The notes under the pieces: model-generated | What the model saw: the letters and a program-made list of their open reading frames with translations, nothing else | Told to the model about the DNA's origin: nothing | Database searches by the model: none | In this document: in pieces, positions 56,908 through 64,000 of the stretch | Numbering within the stretch: position 1 is the stretch's first letter | Layout of the letters: every line of letters begins with the position of its first letter | DNA from: a plasmid | Length of the DNA stretch: 64,000 bases | Direction: 5' to 3' (one strand) | Assembly (NCBI RefSeq): GCF_054482595.1 | Contig: NZ_JBTHVH010000004.1 | Position numbers and translations under genes: made by a program

Positions 56908-57726
56908 GGCACTGTTGCAAATAACCACGAATGGTAAGCTGAAGACTGTTTTAGCTAAAGGTGCAGCATATGAATCCTTTCCATGGTCGGCATTTTCAGG
57001 GCGAAATCATTCTTTGGGCTGTGCGCTGGTATTGTAAATATGGCATTAGCTATCGTGAACTGCAGGAAATGCTGGCCGAACGGGGTGTGAATGTTGATCA
57101 CACGACTATTTACCGTTGGGTTCAACGTTATGCTCCTGAAATAGAAAAACGTTTACGCTGGTATTGGCGTAATCCTACAGATCTGAGCTCGTGGCATATT
57201 GATGAAACCTATGTAAAAGTGAATGGACGATGGTCTTATCTGTATCGTGCAGTCGATCAACGTGGCGATACCATTGATTTTTATCTTTCTTCTAGACGTA
57301 ATACCAAATCAGCATATTGTTTTCTTGGAAAAATTTTAAATAATGTGAAGAAGTGGCAAATTCCACAAGTGATCAACACGGATAAAGCACCCACATATGG
57401 ACGTGCTTTATCACGGTTAAAACGGGAAGGTAAATGTCCACCAGACCTTGAGCACAGGCAGATTAAGTATAAAAATAACGTGATTGAATGTGATCATGGC
57501 AAGCTAAAGCGGATCATCAGGGCCACATTAGGATTCAAATCTATGAAGACGGCTTATGCCACAATTAAAGGTATTGAAGTCATGCGTGCACTACGTAAAG
57601 GACAAGCATCGTCATTTTATTATGGTCAGCCTCAGGGTGAAGTGTGTCTAATCAACAGGGTTTTCGGTCTCTAAGTACTTTTTAAAGGGAACATCATCGA
57701 CTCAAATCTCTATTTGCAACAGTGCC
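56908..57726 (+). mobile_element. IS6-family element, IS1006-like (819 bp)
   Basis: GGCACTGTTGCAAATAACCACG… to …TCTATTTGCAACAGTGCC. Its IRs share the outer 14 bp with IS26, but the interior and the transposase are clearly diverged. Confidence 0.7.
56970..57674 (+). CDS. IS1006-like transposase (234 aa)
   Basis: [105 protein letters not shown]… is collinear with Tnp26, with many substitutions. Confidence 0.85.
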   Translation: MNPFHGRHFQGEIILWAVRWYCKYGISYRELQEMLAERGVNVDHTTIYRWVQRYAPEIEKRLRWYWRNPTDLSSWHIDETYVKVNGRWSYLYRAVDQRGDTIDFYLSSRRNTKSAYCFLGKILNNVKKWQIPQVINTDKAPTYGRALSRLKREGKCPPDLEHRQIKYKNNVIECDHGKLKRIIRATLGFKSMKTAYATIKGIEVMRALRKGQASSFYYGQPQGEVCLINRVFGL

Positions 57727-57758
57727 AAAAAAACCAACTTCAAGTTGGTTTTTCTTTT
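57727..57758. terminator. A/T-flanked hairpin (bidirectional terminator-like)
   Basis: aaaaaaaCCAACttcaaGTTGGtttttctttttt. Confidence 0.5.
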
Positions 57759-58091
57759 TTAATCATCAGTGGCGACCTTAACACCATATCCAATTAAACC
57801 TGCAAGGCTAGCATAGGCTATTTTGGCATAAATCGAACCCCACCAGACCGTAATTTTACTGGCACCAAATTCCCGAACCGTTTGCCCCATAAAATTAGTG
57901 GTTTCATAGAAATTTTTAGCAGAATAACCTAACGCAATATGATCAAGGACAGGGAATAAACTAAAAGCTAAACCTACTGCTGCTGCGGGGAAAGTAAACT
58001 CTCTTGATAGACCGAATTTTCCAGTAATAAATACAAGCGATACCACGATAATTAATCTAATGATAGTCCATAGCATCACTGTGAAAGGCAA
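57759..58091 (-). CDS. Hypothetical membrane protein, possibly the C-terminal part of a gene cut by the Tn21-type IR
   Basis: 110-aa hydrophobic ORF. The reading frame stays open upstream to the IR at 58136. Confidence 0.3.
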   Translation of the reverse strand: MPFTVMLWTIIRLIIVVSLVFITGKFGLSREFTFPAAAVGLAFSLFPVLDHIALGYSAKNFYETTNFMGQTVREFGASKITVWWGSIYAKIAYASLAGLIGYGVKVATDD

Positions 58092-58135
58092 GTTAAAGAT
58101 GCCTGCTCCCTGCCACGCAAGACCGCAAACAACTA

Positions 58136-58157
58136 GGGGTCGTCTCAGAAAACGGAA
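58136..58157. repeat. Tn21-family 38-bp IR, outer 22 bp (the remaining 16 bp lie at 59485..59500)
   Basis: GGGGTCGTCTCAGAAAACGGAA | IS5075 | AATAAAGCACGCTAAG. Confidence 0.85.
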
Positions 58158-59484
58158 TCTATGGTCACTCCCGTTTTTGCAACACCGATTTTGACGACAA
58201 GTTGGCTTGCTTGAATCTATCCGGCGTCTGAATGGGATTTTATTCCCGCGCCTCGATGAGTTCCGCGCCTGATGAACCTCCAGAAAATATACGGCTTCAA
58301 TGAGCCTTTCCGTTTTACAGGTTCCTCAACAGGCCGGTGGGCCGTTAGTATCATCAATATCAGTATTCGCAAAACCAGATGAATGATTGTTTAAACTGGT
58401 GTATTTCTGCCTTTATGCTTCGTAAGTTTGCTGTCGCGCCGTCAGTGCCCAGGCTATTCTGGCCAGCTTGTTTGCCAGAGCACAGGTGACGACAAAGTTG
58501 CTTTTCCGACACAACAACTCCCTGACCCAGTCGGCCAACTTGCCAGACTGGTGTTCCAGTTTTTGTATGAATACCCTGGCACACTGAACCAACAAAGTTC
58601 GGATCTTTTTGTTGCCCCGCTTGCTAATCCCTAACAATGTCGTCCGACCTCCCGTGCTGTACTGTCGGGGTACCAGCCCTGTTGCCGCCGCAAAGTCACG
58701 GCTGCTGGCGTACTGCTTCCCGTCGCCAATCTCAGTTGAAATAGTACTGGCAGTCAGCGTTCCAACGCAGGGAATACTCAGCAAGCGCTGTCCAACCTCA
58801 TCTTCGTCCAACTTTCGTTTCAACTGAGATTCCAGATCTTTAATCTGCTCAACAAGATAGTGATAATGCTGTTGTAATTTCAGCAGTAACTGGCTGAGAT
58901 AAAGAGGCAAACTACTGTCCTCAAGAAGGGTACTCAGTCGACTAATAACGGCAGCACCTCGCGGAACGCTGATACCAAATTCCAGCAGAAAAGCATGCAT
59001 CTGATTAGTTGTTTTCACCTTATCCTGAACCAGGGATTCACGGACACGATGCAGAGCTCGCATTGCCTGCTGAGATTCGGTTCTGGGCTGCACGAAACGC
59101 ATAGATGGACGTGATGCTGCTTCACAGATAGCTTCAGCATCAACGAAGTCATTTTTGTTGCTTTTAACGAATGGGCGGACAAATTGCGGTGATATCAGCT
59201 TTGGAAAATGCCCTAACTCTTCCAGCTTGCGTGCCATAAAGTGAGAACCGCCACAGGCTTCCATCGCGATGGTTGTTGCCGGGCATGTCGCCAGAAATTC
59301 GATTAGCTTTGGTCGGGTGAATTTTTTACGGTAAACGGCCTTCCCACGATGATCCTGACAATGAATATGGAAAGAGTTCTTACCCAGATCGATACCAATA
59401 AGCGCAATGTTTTCCATGATGGTTCTCCGAATGAAAGCCTGTCCTCAGCATAGTACTGGGAAGGAGGGAGTGACCATCTCATTA
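58158..59484 (-). mobile_element. IS5075/IS4321-type element (IS110/IS1111 family), 1327 bp, inserted in the Tn21-type IR
   Basis: The size and the position inside the 38-bp IR match the known target specificity of IS5075/IS4321. Confidence 0.85.
58413..59417 (-). CDS. IS5075/IS4321 transposase (334 aa)
   Basis: MENIALIGIDLGKNSFHIHCQDHRGKAVYRKKFTRPKLIEFLATCPATTIAMEACGGSHFMARKL…. Confidence 0.9.
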   Translation of the reverse strand: MENIALIGIDLGKNSFHIHCQDHRGKAVYRKKFTRPKLIEFLATCPATTIAMEACGGSHFMARKLEELGHFPKLISPQFVRPFVKSNKNDFVDAEAICEAASRPSMRFVQPRTESQQAMRALHRVRESLVQDKVKTTNQMHAFLLEFGISVPRGAAVISRLSTLLEDSSLPLYLSQLLLKLQQHYHYLVEQIKDLESQLKRKLDEDEVGQRLLSIPCVGTLTASTISTEIGDGKQYASSRDFAAATGLVPRQYSTGGRTTLLGISKRGNKKIRTLLVQCARVFIQKLEHQSGKLADWVRELLCRKSNFVVTCALANKLARIAWALTARQQTYEA

Positions 59485-59495
59485 AATAAAGCACG

Positions 59496-62447
59496 CTAAG
59501 CCGGTTGCAGAGGCCGTAGCGGCCTGAACTTCCCCGCGCCGATCTTGGCGCTGCTGCGCCATAGGTAATCACCGGTCAGGTTGATGTGCTCCCAGCCGAG
59601 TGGCGACAGGTACTGCAATAGCGAGTCATCGACGGCATGACCATTGCCGCGCAACGCATGCGCCGCACGCTCCAGGTAGACCGTGTTCCACAGCACGATG
59701 GCCGCCGTCACCAGGTTGAGGCCGCTGGCCCGGTAGCGCTGCTGCTCGAAACTGCGGTCACGGATTTCACCAAGGCGGTTGAAGAACACGGCACGGGCCA
59801 GCGCATTGCGCGCCTCGCCCTTGTTCAGCCCGGCATGCACGCGGCGGCGTAGCTCGACGCTTTGCAGCCAGTCGAGGATGAACAGCGTGCGCTCGATGCG
59901 GCCCAACTCGCGCAGCGCGACGGCCAAGCCGTTCTGGCGCGGGTAGCTGCCGAGTTTCCTGAGCATCAGCGAGGCCGTCACCGTGCCCTGCTTGATCGAG
60001 GTGGCCAGCCGCAGGATTTCGTCCCAATGGGCGCGGACGTGCTTGATGTTGAGCGTGCCGCCGATCATCGGCTTGAGCGCGTCATAGGCGGCATCGCCCT
60101 TCGGGATGTAGAGCTTGGTGTCGCCCAGGTCGCGGATGCGCGGCGCGAAGCGGAAGCCCAAGAGGTGCATCAGGGCGAAGACGTGATCGGTGAAGCCCGC
60201 CGTGTCGGTGTAGTGCTCCTCGATCCGCAGGTCGGATTCGTGGTACAGCAGGCCGTCGAGCACGTAGGTTGAGTCGCGCAGGCCGACATTGACCACCTTG
60301 GTGTGGAATGGCGCGTATTGGTCGGAGATGTGGGTGTAGAAAGTCCGTCCTGGGCTGCTGCCATATTTTGGGTTGATGTGCCCCGTGCTCTTTGCCTTGC
60401 TAGCGGTTCGGAAATTCTGTCCGTCCGATGATGATGTGGTGCCATCGCCCCAGTGCCCGGCAAAGGGATGCCGAAACTGAGCGTTGACCAGTTCAGCCAA
60501 CGCTGTCGAGTACGTTTCGTCGCGGGTATGCCAGGCTTGCAGCCAAGCGAGCTTCGCGTAGGTCGTGCCGGGGCAGGACTCGGCCATCTTGGTCAGGCCC
60601 AGGTTGATCGCGTCGGCCAGGATCGTGGTCAACAACAGGTTCTTGTCCTTGGCCAGATCGCCCGATTTCAAGTGCGTGAAGTGCCGGGTGAAGCCCGTCC
60701 ACTCATCGACTTCGAGCAGCAGTTCGGTGATCTTGACGTGCGGCAGGACCATGGCTGTCTGGTCTATCAGCGCCTGCGCGGTGTCGGGCACCGCCGCATC
60801 CAGCGGCGTGATCTTCAAGCCCGACTCGGTGATGATGGCATCCGGCAGGTCGTTGGCTGCCGCCATGCGGTTGACGGTGGCAAGTTGTGCTTCCAGCAGC
60901 GTCAGCCGCTCATGCAGATATTGTTCGCAGTCGGTGGCCACGGCCAGCGGCAATTCGCTGGACTGCTTGAGGCTGGTGAACTTCTCGGGCGGTACCAGGT
61001 AGTCCTCGAAGTCCTTGAACTGGCGTGAACCCTGCACCCAGATGTCGCCCGAGCGCAGGGAGTTCTTCAACTCGGACAGCGCGCACAGTTCGTAGTAGCG
61101 CCGGTCGATGCCGGCGTCGGTCATCACCAGTTTCTGCCAGCGCGGCTTGATGAAGCCGGTCGGTGCATCGGCTGGCAGCTTGCGGGCGTTGTCGGTGTTC
61201 ATGCCGCGCAGCACCTCAATGGCATCAAGCACGTTTTTGGCGGCGGGCGCGGCCCGCAGCTTGAGCACGGCAAGGAATTCCGGTGCATAGCGGCGCAGGG
61301 TGGCGTAGCTCTCGCCGATGCGATGCAGGAAATCGAAGTCATCGGGTTGCGCGAGCTTCTGCGCCTCGGTGACGCTCTCGGCAAAGGAATCCCAGGACAT
61401 GACGGCCTCGATGGCGGCAAACGCATCGCGGCCTGATTGCTTGGCGTCGATCAGCGCCTGACCGATGCGCCCGTACAGACGTACCTTGGCGTTGATGGCC
61501 TTGCCTGACGCCTGGAACTGCTGCTGATGCTTATTCTTGGCAGCGTTAAACAGCTTACCCAGGATGCGGTCGTGCAGGTCGATGATTTCGTCGGTGACGG
61601 TGGCCAGCGCCACGAGAGTGGCGTAGCGCCGTTGCGGCTCGAATTTGGCCAGGTCGGCGGGTGTCATCTGGCCGCCCTCGCGGGCAATCTTGAGCAGGCG
61701 GTTCTGGTGAACCAGCCGCTCGATGCCGGTAGGCAGATCGAGTGCCTGCCATGCCTTGAGGCGTTCGATGTGTTCCAGCATATGCCGCGAATTTGGCTTG
61801 GCCGGAGACTGGCGCAACCAAGCCAACCAGGTCGTCTTGCCGTTGTCCCGGCGCTTGAGCAGATCGTCGAGGCGGCGGCGATGCGCGTCCGCCAGTGGTT
61901 CGGCCAAGGCGTCGTAGATGCGCCGGTTAGCACGGGTGATCGCCTCGGCACTCGCCCGCTCGACGGCGTTGAGGGCGGGCAGAATGACCGACTGCCGCCG
62001 CAGGTGCCCGATCAAGGCGCTGGCCAGCACGATGCCTTTGTCGGTTTGCATCGCCAGCTCGGTCAGCATCTGGACGGCCTGCCGGTAATGGCTCATGGTG
62101 AAGGGCCGGAAACCGAACACGGTTTGCAGCTCGCTCAGGTGCTCGCGCCGGGTCTGCTCCCGCTGGCCGTACTCGTTCCAGCTTTCGACGCCGACCTTGA
62201 GCTGGTCGGCGACCAGCTTCAACAAGGGCGGGAACGGTAGTTCATCGACGCCCAGGATGACGCCGGGAAAGCGCAGGTAACAGAGCTGCACCGCGAAGCC
62301 CAGCCGATTGGCTGGCCCGCGCCGCTGTCGGATGATCGAGAGGTCGGTATCGTTGAATGTGTAATGTCGGATCAGGTCGTCCTTGGAGTCCGGCAACGCC
62401 AGCAGGCTTTCCCGCTCGGCGGCGGACAGGATGGAACGACGTGGCAT
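59496..62447 (-). CDS. tnpA: Tn21-type transposase TnpA (983 aa; apparent 5-aa in-frame deletion)
   Basis: [44 protein letters not shown]…[12 protein letters not shown]. The stop lies inside the IR. Confidence 0.9.
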   Translation of the reverse strand: MPRRSILSAAERESLLALPDSKDDLIRHYTFNDTDLSIIRQRRGPANRLGFAVQLCYLRFPGVILGVDELPFPPLLKLVADQLKVGVESWNEYGQREQTRREHLSELQTVFGFRPFTMSHYRQAVQMLTELAMQTDKGIVLASALIGHLRRQSVILPALNAVERASAEAITRANRRIYDALAEPLADAHRRRLDDLLKRRDNGKTTWLAWLRQSPAKPNSRHMLEHIERLKAWQALDLPTGIERLVHQNRLLKIAREGGQMTPADLAKFEPQRRYATLVALATVTDEIIDLHDRILGKLFNAAKNKHQQQFQASGKAINAKVRLYGRIGQALIDAKQSGRDAFAAIEAVMSWDSFAESVTEAQKLAQPDDFDFLHRIGESYATLRRYAPEFLAVLKLRAAPAAKNVLDAIEVLRGMNTDNARKLPADAPTGFIKPRWQKLVMTDAGIDRRYYELCALSELKNSLRSGDIWVQGSRQFKDFEDYLVPPEKFTSLKQSSELPLAVATDCEQYLHERLTLLEAQLATVNRMAAANDLPDAIITESGLKITPLDAAVPDTAQALIDQTAMVLPHVKITELLLEVDEWTGFTRHFTHLKSGDLAKDKNLLLTTILADAINLGLTKMAESCPGTTYAKLAWLQAWHTRDETYSTALAELVNAQFRHPFAGHWGDGTTSSSDGQNFRTASKAKSTGHINPKYGSSPGRTFYTHISDQYAPFHTKVVNVGLRDSTYVLDGLLYHESDLRIEEHYTDTAGFTDHVFALMHLLGFRFAPRIRDLGDTKLYIPKGDAAYDALKPMIGGTLNIKHVRAHWDEILRLATSIKQGTVTASLMLRKLGSYPRQNGLAVALRELGRIERTLFILDWLQSVELRRRVHAGLNKGEARNALARAVFFNRLGEIRDRSFEQQRYRASGLNLVTAAIVLWNTVYLERAAHALRGNGHAVDDSLLQYLSPLGWEHINLTGDYLWRSSAKIGAGKFRPLRPLQPA

Positions 62448-62449
62448 AT

Positions 62450-62862
62450 TTACTGATCCGTTCTCAAGTATTGATACAGGGTTTCGCGACTGATTCCGAA
62501 TTCACGAGCAAGCTTGGTCTTTTGCTCGCCAGCCTCGACACGTTGGCGCAGTTCGGCAATACGCTCAGACGACAGGGATTTCTTCCTGCCACGGTAAGCC
62601 CCGCGTTGCTTGGCGAGCGCAATACCCTCGCGCTGACGCTCGCGGATCAGGGCGCGCTCGAACTCGGCGAACGCGCCCATCACCGAGAGCATCAGGTTCG
62701 CCATCGGAGAGTCTTCGCCAGTAAAACTGAGGTGTTCCTTGACGAATTCGATATGCACGCCGCGTTGTGTCAGCGTTTGCACGATCCGGCGCAAATCATC
62801 GAGATTGCGCGCCAGGCGATCCATGCTATGCACCACCACGGTGTCGCCGGTGCGGGCGAAGC
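62450..62862 (-). pseudogene. tnpR: Tn21-type resolvase, N-terminally truncated by IS26
   Basis: …GDTVVVHSMDRLARNLDDLRRIVQTLTQRGVHIEFVKEHLSFTGEDSPMANLMLSVMGAFAEFERALIRERQ…YQYLRTDQ. The catalytic Ser region is missing. Confidence 0.88.
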
Positions 62863-63682
62863 GGCACTGTTGCAAATAGTCGGTGGTGATAAACTTATCA
62901 TCCCCTTTTGCTGATGGAGCTGCACATGAACCCATTCAAAGGCCGGCATTTTCAGCGTGACATCATTCTGTGGGCCGTACGCTGGTACTGCAAATACGGC
63001 ATCAGTTACCGTGAGCTGCAGGAGATGCTGGCTGAACGCGGAGTGAATGTCGATCACTCCACGATTTACCGCTGGGTTCAGCGTTATGCGCCTGAAATGG
63101 AAAAACGGCTGCGCTGGTACTGGCGTAACCCTTCCGATCTTTGCCCGTGGCACATGGATGAAACCTACGTGAAGGTCAATGGCCGCTGGGCGTATCTGTA
63201 CCGGGCCGTCGACAGCCGGGGCCGCACTGTCGATTTTTATCTCTCCTCCCGTCGTAACAGCAAAGCTGCATACCGGTTTCTGGGTAAAATCCTCAACAAC
63301 GTGAAGAAGTGGCAGATCCCGCGATTCATCAACACGGATAAAGCGCCCGCCTATGGTCGCGCGCTTGCTCTGCTCAAACGCGAAGGCCGGTGCCCGTCTG
63401 ACGTTGAACACCGACAGATTAAGTACCGGAACAACGTGATTGAATGCGATCATGGCAAACTGAAACGGATAATCGGCGCCACGCTGGGATTTAAATCCAT
63501 GAAGACGGCTTACGCCACCATCAAAGGTATTGAGGTGATGCGTGCACTACGCAAAGGCCAGGCCTCAGCATTTTATTATGGTGATCCCCTGGGCGAAATG
63601 CGCCTGGTAAGCAGAGTTTTTGAAATGTAAGGCCTTTGAATAAGACAAAAGGCTGCCTCATCGCTAACTTTGCAACAGTGCC
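62863..63682 (+). mobile_element. IS26 copy 7 (820 bp)
   Basis: Both IRs are intact. The flanks ggcgaagc / cacaccag show no duplication. Confidence 0.97.
62926..63630 (+). CDS. tnpA: IS26 transposase
   Basis: Identical 234-aa Tnp26. Confidence 0.97.
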   Translation: MNPFKGRHFQRDIILWAVRWYCKYGISYRELQEMLAERGVNVDHSTIYRWVQRYAPEMEKRLRWYWRNPSDLCPWHMDETYVKVNGRWAYLYRAVDSRGRTVDFYLSSRRNSKAAYRFLGKILNNVKKWQIPRFINTDKAPAYGRALALLKREGRCPSDVEHRQIKYRNNVIECDHGKLKRIIGATLGFKSMKTAYATIKGIEVMRALRKGQASAFYYGDPLGEMRLVSRVFEM

Positions 63683-63683
63683 C

Positions 63684-64000
63684 ACACCAGAACGTATTGA
63701 ACAAATTTTGGAATTTTCCGAGGGTAGTAACCCAAGCGAAGCAATGAGTCTTAGAGCTGACGAAGTTGCTGTACTGGCACGTATTGGAAAGGCAGTTATG
63801 TCGATTGCGCCTGTTTATCAGTGCGAGTTTTGCCACCATGACGCAACCGGGCAACTTCAGTGGCACTGGGAAGATGTGAACAAAGCTTTTTATGATAAAT
63901 ACGATCCAGACAGACGCGGAAGACGTCGAATCCTCTATACCGCCCCGCCGATGCCTTTAGTTTCGGCTGACCTGCTTAACATGGCTTCATCTGCTATTGA
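63684..64000 (+). CDS. Partial ORF with no start or stop in the window (5' end cut by IS26, continues past the window)
   Basis: My translation gives TPERIEQILEFSEGSNPSEAMSLRADEVAVLARIGKAVMSIAPVYQCEFCHHDATGQLQWHWEDVNKAFYDKYDPDRRGRRRILYTAPPMPLVSADLLNMASSAI, 105 codons without a stop. Confidence 0.4.

Overview
This window is a mosaic multidrug-resistance region of an Enterobacterales-type plasmid. It is built from nested, mutually truncating mobile elements. There are seven identical 820-bp IS26 copies, one 819-bp IS1006-like relative, and one full and one partial IS1. Fragments of IS903, IS10, an IS1133-like and an IS2-like element are present, plus IS5075, an ISKpn19-like element and two ISCR2 pieces. 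Parts of five Tn3-family transposons also occur: Tn5393-like, Tn2, Tn1721, Tn21-like and one unnamed. Recognisable resistance genes are aph(3')-Ia, strA-strB, lnu(F), aadA2, fosA3, two truncated blaTEM-1 copies, tet(A) (one regulated copy and one 5'-truncated copy), dfrA14, aadA1, blaOXA-10, cmlA, arr, qnrS1 and floR. Two class 1 integron fragments are present with different promoter configurations. The part not explained by known resistance or mobile-element biology is a visibly AT-rich ~12-kb island (21503..33448), bracketed by the outer ends of two transposon IRs. It carries a Dcm/EcoRII-like C5 methyltransferase with no Vsr or cognate endonuclease, in a tight cassette with a DUF1173 protein. 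It also has a secreted SNase-like nuclease plus an orphan 298-aa protein, and a DUF4942/KfrA-like pair behind a palindrome-dense control region. Further along are four tandem small membrane proteins and a near-consensus LexA box upstream of a GNAT-like / transglutaminase-like pair. A second point of interest is an ArsR/ArsP-like module whose permease carries an unusual CC-dipeptide loop. That module sits inside a Tn3-family element whose resolvase gene is dead. All family assignments come from reading the translations and from memory of the families. No database search, alignment score or composition statistic was computed. Hand-derived coordinates may be off by 1-2 bp.
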